A DNA stretch of 64,000 nt, from positions 6,992 through 70,991 of the forward strand of contig CANOCK010000001.1 of the NCBI GenBank assembly GCA_947564525.1, in the 5' to 3' direction. Origin of the DNA: an uncultured bacterium (GTDB taxonomy: Bacteria; Actinomycetota; Coriobacteriia; Coriobacteriales; Eggerthellaceae). Below are positions 9,793 to 17,651 of the stretch, in pieces. Under the pieces are notes generated by a model. It saw only the letters and a program-made list of their open reading frames with translations. It was not told where the DNA came from and ran no database searches. A program made the position numbers and the translations under genes. Numbering within the stretch: the first letter of the stretch is position 1; each line of letters begins with the position of its first letter.

Positions 9793-9913
9793 ATCGCTAA
9801 CAAGTGAATAGAGAGTATCTTCTGGTGATTTAGCATCGGTAGAGTGTGCAGTAAAGAGGGCATCTGCCTTTTTAAGTAGCACACTCTCTGGCTAAAGCCA
9901 GTTTGTTAGCGAT
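9793..9913. repeat. Nested inverted repeats in the leader of the surface protein gene
   Basis: The outer perfect 11-bp IR is ATCGCTAACAA (9793-9803) / TTGTTAGCGAT (9903-9913), flanking 99 bp. The inner perfect 9-bp IR is AGAGTGTGC (9841-9849) / GCACACTCT (9879-9887). A hairpin CTGGC-TAAA-GCCAG (9888-9901) is followed by TTTGTT. Confidence 0.85.
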
Positions 9914-10029
9914 CTTGGCGTTTTCCAACTGCGGTGGATGCCCTCCTTACTGCAAGTTGGAATCGCGACGCATTCGACAGGGCCTCCTCCGCAGCGGGAA
10001 CATCCACGCTACCGGAAGGAGCAGGCGCA

Positions 10030-13000
10030 ATGCGAGCCCCTGTTGTTTCTCTTGCTTGCAAAGTGGCTACGGGATTGATGTTGTTTGCGGTCATGGGCGG
10101 CTTTCCGCTCTTGGCTAGTGCGCTAGATGGCGCATCAAGCGACAAGATCGCCCTCGATGACCCGGCACGCTCAGCTGCGGCCAACCACTCGCTGGACGAT
10201 CAAGCCAAGGCTTCTGCGCTTCCGGCTTTCGTTGCTGCTGATGGCCGAGCTCATCTATCGGTCGATGCCCCAATCGGGACGGCTGGTGGCCTTCAGGTGT
10301 TCGAGGCCTCTGTCGAGCATGCGGGTCTTGCCTTTGCCCTCGTTGGTGATGGCGGTAGCGTGGCGGCTGCTCTTGTAGGCGTCGAGATTGCTAGCGAGAG
10401 AGTCGTTGTTCCACCCTCGATAGAAGTGGGCGGCGCCTCGTATCCTGTTGTGCGCATAGCTCCTGGTGCGGTCGAAGGAAACTTCATTTCTGCCATCGTT
10501 GTTCCGGCGACGGTATCGTTGATTGACGACGGCGCCTTTGATAAAGCCCCTTACTTGGAATCTGTGCAGGTTGACTCAGGTAACGAGTCCTACTCATCCT
10601 GTGACGGCGTCCTCTACGACGCTGCAATGGAACGCCTCTTGCTCATTCCCGAGGGCAAGCAGGGCCCCGTCCGCATCCCCAAGACAGCCAAGGTGGTGCC
10701 TCCTAGTGCGTTCTCGCATTGCGCACTTGTTGAGTCCATCGAGGTGGAAGCGGGCGGGGCAGCATTCTCCTCGTGGAATGGTTGCCTATACGACTATGAG
10801 GGCAAGACCTTGCTTCGCATTCCGGCTGGCCTTGGTAACGAGGTCGAGGTCGCTTCTGGCTGCTCCGATGTTGCCCCTGGGGCGTTCGAAGGATGCAATA
10901 TCCTCCGGAGCCTTTCGGGAATGACGGAATCGCTGGAAGTGTCAGGAGATGGCAAGGATGCGCTTGCAGAAGAGACCGAGGACAGGTTGGCCGAGCTCAC
11001 TTGCGAGCTCGGTGAAGAACCGGCAGAAGGAGGCTATGATTCTGGGATTCCTGCTGTTCCCATGCTGGCTTCAGCCGAGGTGGGAGTCGAGGAGCCAGTC
11101 GCTTTCGTAGCTGATGCGCTTGTTGGGCTTGACGAAGCGTTACGACAGGTGGCGCGCGATTCTGGGGAGCTGGCGACGAGAGGCCAAGCTCAAGCACAAT
11201 CGTCAGGTGCGGCAGAAGGAGGGGAGTGGAGTGGGGTCCAGGGCGGTCAGCAGCGTGATTCCTTTCAGCTGACTTTCGTCCTGGATCGAGAGCCCAGTCG
11301 CTTGTCGCCAAGTACCGGATGGCTTAATGACGTAGAGCCCCCCGAGTGGCTTTCCGTGGATATGGGGAATGTGTTCATCAACAATCCTATCCGAAAAGGC
11401 TATCGCTTCGTCGGATGGACTGACGAGTCGGGAGCGATCAGCAAGGTCGACGCCTCGAAGTCCGTCATTCATTGCGAGCGGTTGACAGAGGGCATGCGTT
11501 TCGTGGCGCGATGGTCTGCTGTGGTGAGCGTGGACGTCCCCCAGTATGTGCGATTCGAATATGCCGATGCGCCAACCAACGTTTCTGCCGCTAAGGAGGG
11601 TGAGATTGTTGCCGAAGGGCCGGACGGTCAAAGGCTCGCTACGACTTTCAAGAATCGGACGGGCGAATATGATTTGGCCATTGTCGGGTTGCAGTCGACA
11701 TCTACGCCCGAGGGTCGTGAGATGATCGTGGCAAGTGCTGGCAGCGGGAAAACGGACGAGCAGGCACGTGGGCTGAAGCTGCTCAGCATGTATCCGGACG
11801 AAATCCAGGAGGGCTATGACGAGAACGTGGAGCTTTCCGTCCACTTTGCCCTAGACGACATCGTGGAGGAGGATGAGTTCCCTCAGGCAGAGAATGCTTT
11901 CTCCATTCCCGTCGAGTCTGAGGCAGAAGGTGGAGAGGGCCTTCGTGTTCGCTTTCGGTTGAACCTGGATTCTTGCATCGAAGGCGTTCAGAACTTTGCA
12001 GCTCTGGACGTTGATGCGGTGCAGGGAGGGGAGATGCCGTTGGCGAGCGTGAGCTACACATTCGCCTCTGCTGATCGGAGTCGAGCTGACACCTATGCTG
12101 TGGCTTGGGAAGGCAATGGAGGCCGATTTGGCGACGGATCAAGCGAGGTGGTCGATTATTGCGTGAACGGCCAAGAACTCATACCGCCTGCACTGCCGTC
12201 GAGAGAGGGCTATGAATTTAAAGGCTGGGCTTCGAGTGTGGCCGAAGCCGAACAGGGGAAGGTTCTGGAGCGCCTTCCTTCTGCAAGGGGAGAAGCCGCC
12301 TTCTATGCTGCCTGGGTTCCGAGAAAGTGCAGCGTGATCTGGTTTCTCAATGATGGTACGGACGCTTCGGAAACCACTGAGCAATCTTACGGGTCGGCGA
12401 TAGAGGCGCCGATCGCTGATCCGGAAAGGCCATGGTTCGTATTCAAAGGATGGAGCACGGCTGCTGATAGCCGGGATGTGGTGGTCGACTTCGGCATGGT
12501 GAGCGAGGAGGGAGCCGCTTTCTATGCCGTATGGAAGCATGAGGTTCTGTGGCGCTACAACGATGGAACCGACGGTGGCGTAAAGAACGAGTTCTGGCCT
12601 GATGAGAAGATCATGGCGCCGAAAGACTTCAATCGCGTGCGAAACGGGTACCGCTTCGAGGGGTGGACGTATTATCGTGATGACCATAATCGCCTGATGA
12701 GGGATTCTGACTTACCTAAGGCGAAGGATATGCTTACCCCTTATGTAAACGCTTGCTGGTCATGGGGTATCACTTGGTTTATGAACAATGACGATCAGGA
12801 GCAGGTGACCTTATACCACCCTCAGGGCAAGCAGGTTGCTGCGCCTGACCCTGGGAGCAAGAAGGGGCATACCTTCGCAGGATGGGGTCCCTACGCCGCA
12901 ACCAATGTGCAGAATGCTGTTGAGGACCTGGGGATATCTCCTCCACAGCTGGGCGATCCTCCAATGACCCGAAACTACCTGCATGGTCTTTGGAGGTTAA

Positions 13001-13707
13001 ACACCTATACCATAACCTGGGTGGACATGCGGGACCCGAGCAGCCCAACAGAGGTCACTACAAGCGTTGGGCATGGGGCGGCTACAAAAGCGCCCTCAAT
13101 GGAAAGACAGGGCTATACGCTGAAAGGTTGGGCGCTTACGGCTGGCGGTTCGACCACGAGCCTGCCTACGAATACGACTGGTGCTGAAACCTACTACGCC
13201 GTATGGGTACCGAAAACCTATACGCTTACTTGGAAGAACTACTGCGGCCCGGGAGAGGACGACCTCGTTACGACCCAAGATTACGGCACCACGGTGAAGC
13301 GACCTGCAGCTCCGGTCCATGCCACAAGGAACTTTGAAGGATGGTCAGAAACCCAAGGCGGGCAGGTTATGAACGACCTGGGGTGCGTTACTGACGACGC
13401 GGCCTTTTACGCTAAGTGGTCTTCGACCTTAAAGACGTATTATGTTCATTTCATTTACAACAGAACAGAGACAGACAGCTATCACTTCGGACCCGTGGCT
13501 GAAGTTGAAGCTGGTGATCGGATATTCTCAAACCCCAAGCAGGTGCCTTCTTGGCCGGGCCATGTTTTTGTGGGTTGGTCAAGGAGCAGGCAAGGCGATG
13601 TCGTTCCATATGAGTACAACGAGAACGGCGATGCATTTATCGGTGCGGCTCTCCGAACCGACGGAGGTGACCAGATCTATTACTTTGCTCAGTGGCGGAG
13701 CGTCTAA
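10030..13707 (+). CDS. Secreted surface protein: signal peptide, BspA-type leucine-rich repeats, acidic linker and 8 Listeria-Bacteroides (Flg_new-type) repeats
   Basis: ATG at 10030 lies 8 nt after GGAAGGAG. The signal peptide is MRAPVVSLACKVATGLMLFAVMGGFPLLASA. LRR_5-like units include IDDGAFDKAPYLESVQV and VPPSAFSHCALVESIEV. Eight repeats end in GY-F-GW ... YA-W, for example GYEFKGWAS...FYAAWVP and GYTLKGWAL...YYAVWVP. No LPXTG, SLH or C-terminal TM was seen. Confidence 0.85.
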   Translation: MRAPVVSLACKVATGLMLFAVMGGFPLLASALDGASSDKIALDDPARSAAANHSLDDQAKASALPAFVAADGRAHLSVDAPIGTAGGLQVFEASVEHAGLAFALVGDGGSVAAALVGVEIASERVVVPPSIEVGGASYPVVRIAPGAVEGNFISAIVVPATVSLIDDGAFDKAPYLESVQVDSGNESYSSCDGVLYDAAMERLLLIPEGKQGPVRIPKTAKVVPPSAFSHCALVESIEVEAGGAAFSSWNGCLYDYEGKTLLRIPAGLGNEVEVASGCSDVAPGAFEGCNILRSLSGMTESLEVSGDGKDALAEETEDRLAELTCELGEEPAEGGYDSGIPAVPMLASAEVGVEEPVAFVADALVGLDEALRQVARDSGELATRGQAQAQSSGAAEGGEWSGVQGGQQRDSFQLTFVLDREPSRLSPSTGWLNDVEPPEWLSVDMGNVFINNPIRKGYRFVGWTDESGAISKVDASKSVIHCERLTEGMRFVARWSAVVSVDVPQYVRFEYADAPTNVSAAKEGEIVAEGPDGQRLATTFKNRTGEYDLAIVGLQSTSTPEGREMIVASAGSGKTDEQARGLKLLSMYPDEIQEGYDENVELSVHFALDDIVEEDEFPQAENAFSIPVESEAEGGEGLRVRFRLNLDSCIEGVQNFAALDVDAVQGGEMPLASVSYTFASADRSRADTYAVAWEGNGGRFGDGSSEVVDYCVNGQELIPPALPSREGYEFKGWASSVAEAEQGKVLERLPSARGEAAFYAAWVPRKCSVIWFLNDGTDASETTEQSYGSAIEAPIADPERPWFVFKGWSTAADSRDVVVDFGMVSEEGAAFYAVWKHEVLWRYNDGTDGGVKNEFWPDEKIMAPKDFNRVRNGYRFEGWTYYRDDHNRLMRDSDLPKAKDMLTPYVNACWSWGITWFMNNDDQEQVTLYHPQGKQVAAPDPGSKKGHTFAGWGPYAATNVQNAVEDLGISPPQLGDPPMTRNYLHGLWRLNTYTITWVDMRDPSSPTEVTTSVGHGAATKAPSMERQGYTLKGWALTAGGSTTSLPTNTTGAETYYAVWVPKTYTLTWKNYCGPGEDDLVTTQDYGTTVKRPAAPVHATRNFEGWSETQGGQVMNDLGCVTDDAAFYAKWSSTLKTYYVHFIYNRTETDSYHFGPVAEVEAGDRIFSNPKQVPSWPGHVFVGWSRSRQGDVVPYEYNENGDAFIGAALRTDGGDQIYYFAQWRSV

Positions 13708-13768
13708 AAGCACACCAGAGGCGCATGACTCCACCTTCAGCCTGATTCGAACCGAGGCAAGCTCGATG

Positions 13769-13894
13769 ACGTGACGATTTGCTTTCTGCGGATTGCGGGC
13801 GCGCAAGCATAACGCTAGACGCGGCCCTTCGCCTCCATCGCTCTTGCTTCCTTCTACTCCGAAAAAGCGCAACATCGCGGCTTTTTCGGAGTAG
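13769..13894. repeat. Dispersed ~126-bp repeat, copy A, ending in a long A/T-clamped hairpin
   Basis: By eye it is about 75-80% identical to 17224-17350. Both share CTGCGGATTGC.GGCGCGCA.GCAT and TCGCTCTTG. The hairpin pairs CTACTCCGAAAAAGC (13854-13868) with GCTTTTTCGGAGTAG (13880-13894), a 15-bp perfect stem. An extra half-site, TTCGGAGTAG, lies at 13958-13967. Confidence 0.8.
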
Positions 13895-13969
13895 ATGCAT
13901 CCCCTGCCGCAAAAGGAGGCTGTCATGGCTCCGAAAACAACGTGCAAGTACGGACTCTTCGGAGTAGCC

Positions 13970-15220
13970 ATGGAGATACAGCGTCCCTTATGCCTCGATC
14001 GTCTCGTCAAGCGACGGGAGAACGGCATGGCCAAGGTGCTCACGGGCATCCGACGATGAGACAAGTCGCACCTGCTCCATCGCCTTTATAGCGACTGGCT
14101 GCGCGACCAGGGCGTTCCTGATGACCATGTGGTCAGCGTGGAGCTCGATGACATGGAGAACGCCTCTCTGCGCGACGCTCGCAGCCTCTACGAGCGCATC
14201 CGGGCTGCGACTGAGGGCGACGGCACCTTCTATGTGTTCTTGGATGAGATTCAGTACGTTAACGGGTTCTCGGATGTGGTAAATGGCCTCATGCACCGTC
14301 CGAACCTCGATGTGCACGTCACTGGCAGCAACTCGCGCTTCCTCTCGAGCGACATACTCACCGAGCTCCGTGGCCGAGGCGACGAGGTGAGGGTTCGGCC
14401 CTTGGCCTTCTCAGAATACCTGCCGGCTCATGGAGGCAGCCCCTCGGAGGCTTGGGCAGACTACGTCACCTTCGGTAGCATGCCGCTCATCCTCTCCGGG
14501 CCTGACGATGAGATGAAGGCCAGCTACCTCCAGTTGCTGTTCGCGAAGGTGTGCCTGCCCGATATCTGAGAGCGCAACGACCTCAGGCATTCCGGTGCGC
14601 TCGATGCGCTGGTGGACATCCTGGCTTCGGCCGACGGCTCGCTCACCAACCCCTCCAAGCTCGCCAGCACCTTCCAAGGCCATGGGCAGAAGAGGGTCTC
14701 GGACAAGACGATCAGGCGCTGCATCGGCTTCCTCGTGGAGGCGTTCCTCATGGAGGAGGCGAAGCGCTACGACATAAAGGGGCGCAAGTACATCGGAGCC
14801 CTGATGAAGTGCTACTACGGGGACGTAGGCTTGCGAAACGCGCGCCTTAACTTCCGACAGCAGGAAGAGAACCACCTGATGGAGAACGTTATTTGCAACG
14901 AGCTGCGATATCGTGGCTGGGCGGTGGACGTCGGCGTGGTGGGGCTGCGGGAGCGGTCTGGCGACGGGTCTCTGAGGAGCAAGCAGCTCGAGGTCGACTT
15001 CATGGCGAACAAGGGCAGTCGCAGGGTGTACGTGCAGTCGGCCTTCGCGATGCCGGATTCCGCCAAGGAGAGGCAGGAGAAGCGGTCGCTGAGCATGGTG
15101 CAGGACTCGTTCAAGAAGATAGTGGTCGTTCGCGGGCCCATCAAGCCCTGGCAGGACGATCAGGGCATCGTCACCCTTGGGCTCTTCGACTTCCTGTTGG
15201 ATTCAGAAAGCTGGGAGTAG
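13970..15220 (+). pseudogene. AAA ATPase (AAA_14 + DUF4143 type) inactivated by two in-frame TGA codons
   Basis: A single reading frame reads MEIQRPLCLDRLVKRRENGMAKVLTGIRR*DKSHLL...VFLDEIQYV...LPDI*ERNDL...KRYDIKGRKY. The TGA codons are at 14057-14059 and 14567-14569. The expected Walker A GIRRCGKS reads GIRR-stop-DKS. An alternative in-frame ATG at 13925 follows AAAGGAGG. Confidence 0.8.
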
Positions 15221-15233
15221 AGCGGTTGTGCCC

Positions 15234-15272
15234 CTCTTCGGGCTGGCTGGAGGCGGGGATGGCCCTGGCTGG
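15234..15272. repeat. 39-bp direct repeat, copy 1, abutting the left end of the IS element
   Basis: CTCTTCGGGCTGGCTGGAGGCGGGGATGGCCCTGGCTGG matches 17409-17447 at 38 of 39 positions. Confidence 0.9.
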
Positions 15273-16759
15273 TAGTGCGCCGAGATGTGGTGCAAGAAGG
15301 GACGGGGCATGCCCGTCCCTTCGCGCGGGCTCGCCTTCCCTGGGATCGTCGTCGGATCGGATGACGAGGAAGGAGACGGAATGCCCGCGATGGAGAGCGT
15401 GCTGCAAGGCGACCCCGAGGCGGGCGAGGCCCTCGTCGCCCTGATGTCGGAGCGCGACGGGCTGCGCGAGTTCGGCGCGAGGGTGCTCGCCCTCGCTGCC
15501 AACTCGCTGATGAGCGCGGAGGCCGACGCGATGTGCGGGGCGTCCCTGGGCGAGCGCAGCGACGCCAGGGTCAACAGCCGCAACGGCTGCAGGCCCAGGA
15601 GCCTGAAGGCCAGCGTGGGGGACCTGGAGCTGGAGATTCCCAAGCTCAGGCACGGGACGTGCTGCCCGGAGCCGATCCTGGAGAGGTGGGGGCGCGTCGA
15701 CGCGTCGCTGGCCGCCCTCGTGGTCGAGGCGCACGCCAACGGCGCCTCCACGCGCGACATGTCGCTGCTCGCCCAGTCGCTGGGGGCGTCGGCCATGTCG
15801 AGCTCGGAGGCCTCCAGGCTAGCCGCCTCCCTGGACGCGCAGGTGGCCGAGCTGCGCTCGCGGGACCTGGGCGACCGGAGGCGCTGCTGCCTGTGGGTGG
15901 GCGCCACCTACGCGAGGTGCCGGGTGGAAGGGCGCTCCGTCTTGCAGGCGGCCGTCACCGCCATCGCGCTGGACGAGGACGGGCGCAAGCGCCTCGTGGG
16001 CCCCGACTGCGTCGACGCCGAGCCCTGCGACGACGGGCTCGCCTCTCTGGCCCCTGTCAAGGCCAGGGGCCTCTCGTGCCTGGTGCCGTGCGCCTCCGAC
16101 GACCACAGAGGGCTCGTGCGCGCCCTGTCCGAGGCCTTCCAGGGCGTCGCCTGGCAGAGGCGCACGGCCCACCTGCAGCGCAGCCTCTCCCGGGCGGCGA
16201 GGAGGAGGGCGGGTGAGGCGCTGGCGCGCGAGCTGGCGAAGGCCGCCTTCGCCCAGGCCGACGCCCTCTTCGCCCGAGCGGTCTGCCCGCTCGCCTGCGA
16301 GGCGATGGGGGAGGCGGGGGAGGATGCCGCCGCGGAGTTGATGGAGGGTGCGAGGGAGGGCGCCCAGCAGCACCTGTCGCTGCCCCGCGAGCACTGGCGC
16401 TACGTGCGGGCCAACGACGCCCAGGAGCGCGCCAACCGCGAGGTCAAGAGGCGATACCGCTCGGTGCAGTCGTTCCCCTCCAGGGCGAGCCTGGTTCGCC
16501 TGGTGGGGGCCGTCATGCTCGAGGAGGAGGGCGCCTGGGGGCACCACCGGGTGCTCTCGCCGGAGTCGGCGGCGCGGGCGTGGGAGAGGCCCGAGCCCCC
16601 GGCCCCCGACGGCTCGCTGGCGCGCGCCATCGCGGAGGCGGAGCAGCGGGCCCGGGAGATCGTGGGGTCGATGGTTGACCGGCACGCGGCGAAGGGATAG
16701 GCTTCGCCCCGACGGTTCCGGTGATCGGGCCCTCTTACACCACTAATCGGCGCACGACC
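15271..16759 (+). mobile_element. IS256-family insertion sequence (~1.49 kb) with imperfect 30-bp terminal inverted repeats
   Basis: IRL is GGTAGTGCGCCGAGATGTGGTGCAAGAAGG (15271-15300). The reverse complement of 16730-16759 is GGTCGTGCGCCGATTAGTGGTGTAAGAGGG, matching at 24 of 30 positions. The repeats enclose a single Transposase_mut-type ORF. The size is typical for the family. No clear 8-9-bp target duplication was found. Confidence 0.75.
15381..16700 (+). CDS. IS256-family (mutator-type) transposase, probably degenerate
   Basis: Family landmarks are RNGCRPRSLKASVGDLELEIPKLRHGTCCPEPILERW, ANGASTRDM, SDDHRGL, WQRR and NDAQERANREVKRR. The first catalytic-Asp position (usual LDATY) reads VGATY. 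ATG at 15381 follows AGGAAGGAGA. Confidence 0.85.
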   Translation: MPAMESVLQGDPEAGEALVALMSERDGLREFGARVLALAANSLMSAEADAMCGASLGERSDARVNSRNGCRPRSLKASVGDLELEIPKLRHGTCCPEPILERWGRVDASLAALVVEAHANGASTRDMSLLAQSLGASAMSSSEASRLAASLDAQVAELRSRDLGDRRRCCLWVGATYARCRVEGRSVLQAAVTAIALDEDGRKRLVGPDCVDAEPCDDGLASLAPVKARGLSCLVPCASDDHRGLVRALSEAFQGVAWQRRTAHLQRSLSRAARRRAGEALARELAKAAFAQADALFARAVCPLACEAMGEAGEDAAAELMEGAREGAQQHLSLPREHWRYVRANDAQERANREVKRRYRSVQSFPSRASLVRLVGAVMLEEEGAWGHHRVLSPESAARAWERPEPPAPDGSLARAIAEAEQRAREIVGSMVDRHAAKG

Positions 16760-16772
16760 TGCCACCCTGGCC

Positions 16773-16959
16773 AAAGGCCAAGTTTTGCCCGCTTTGACAT
16801 AAAGGGGTGCGGATGGGGGCTCGAAAGGCCAAGTTTGGCGAGCTTTGACATAAAAGCTGCATCGGAGACTCCCCGTTTTATGTCAAAGCACGCCAAACTT
16901 GGCCTTTCGGCCCTCCTGGAGGGCTTGGTTTATGTCAAAGCTCGCAAAACTCGGCCTTT
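16773..16959. repeat. Nested four-unit palindrome: two direct 31-nt units followed by two inverted units
   Basis: U1 is 16773-16803 and U2 is 16824-16854; U2 reads AAAGGCCAAGTTTGGCGAGCTTTGACATAAA. U3 (16877-16907) and U4 (16929-16959) are reverse complements. U2 matches rcU3 at 30 of 31 positions and U1 matches rcU4 at 28 of 31. The symmetry centre is near 16866. The array starts 14 bp beyond the IS right end. Confidence 0.9.
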
Positions 16960-17223
16960 CGACCCTTTGATCCCCTTGCCTTCCGGCTTGCAGGAGACGG
17001 CGTTGCGCGCTCTGCTCTCTCGGCCGGGCGAAATCGACGCTGCGGGCCCTGGGGCTAGCGGCTCCTGACCTGCTGGGTCGGCTCAGCCCCAAGCCCCAGG
17101 GGCTGGCGGGCGGGGTGCCGCGCGCAGCTCCGCAGCCGCCTTCGCGCCCGCGGCGCCAGCGGCGCAGGCTTCCCGGCGAGGATCGTGCGGGCACGGCACC
17201 CCACTCGCCAGCCCTTCCGGTCA

Positions 17224-17350
17224 ACGTGGCGATTCGCGCCTGCGGATTGCAGGCGCGCAGGCATGATGCTAGATGCAGTCCCTCGCTCCCCGTCGCTCTT
17301 GTCTCTCCTACTCTGAAAGAAGCGCACATGTACTGGCTTTTCGGAGTAGG
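17224..17350. repeat. Dispersed ~126-bp repeat, copy B, with a degenerate terminal hairpin
   Basis: It aligns with 13769-13894. The hairpin arms are CCTACTCTGAAAGAAGC (17307-17323) and GCTTTTCGGAGTAGG (17336-17350), with a mismatch and a bulge. Confidence 0.8.
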
Positions 17351-17408
17351 ACGAGCTGGGCTCCCTTTGGCTTGGAGTCTAAGGTGATGGGTTTTGCCTG
17401 ATGGTGAT

Positions 17409-17496
17409 CTCTTCGGGCTGGCTGGGGGCGGGGATGGCCCTGGCTGGCTCCCTACTCCGAAAAAGGCGCAATGCTGCGCTTTTTTCGGAGTAGGGT
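17409..17496. repeat. 39-bp direct repeat, copy 2, immediately followed by a third CTACTCCGAAAAA-type hairpin
   Basis: 17409-17447 matches 15234-15272. The hairpin pairs CCCTACTCCGAAAAAGGCGC (17451-17470) with GCGCTTTTTTCGGAGTAGGG (17477-17496), a 20-bp stem with one mismatch. Confidence 0.9.
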
Positions 17497-17651
17497 CTGC
17501 GCAACGAGAGCCTAGGCGCGGCGAGGGCCTGGCATCGGTGCGGCCATGCGAGAGCCCAGCCCAAGGCGGGTGGCGCACCGGGAGGCCATGGGGCGTCCTC
17601 CCGGCGCATAGAGCGGCCTCGGGCGCCGCGCCCCAACCCACGGTGCGGCCA

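Noticed and set aside
9661-10118. Short ORFs in the leader of the surface-protein gene: 9661-9882 (-), 9903-10118 (+) and 9906-10184 (-).
   Set aside because: They have no RBS. Their composition is unlike local coding DNA, they overlap the inverted-repeat structure and the real signal-peptide frame, and they carry no recognisable motifs.
13727-13757. A GGTTCGAATC-like T-loop motif on the minus strand, just after the surface-protein gene. It could be a tRNA or tmRNA 3' fragment marking an att site.
   Set aside because: The flanking bases do not form a 5-bp T-stem or an acceptor stem. There is no CCA-proximal match and no second copy at the other end of the segment.
14057-14059. The TGA at the Walker-A Cys position of the AAA ATPase might encode selenocysteine rather than a stop.
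   Set aside because: The adjacent essential P-loop Gly is mutated to Asp. A second in-frame TGA occurs at a non-Cys position (14567). That P-loop Cys is not a redox residue, and I saw no convincing stem-loop immediately downstream. A pseudogene is the simpler reading.
16773-16959. The four-unit repeat array read as a CRISPR array or as a canonical dif site.
   Set aside because: It is not CRISPR. There are only four units, two are inverted relative to the others, and no cas genes are nearby. It is not a canonical dif site either. Each unit has only an XerD-arm-like half (TTATGTCAA), with no XerC-type arm 6-8 bp away, and the central inverted pair is separated by about 22 bp.
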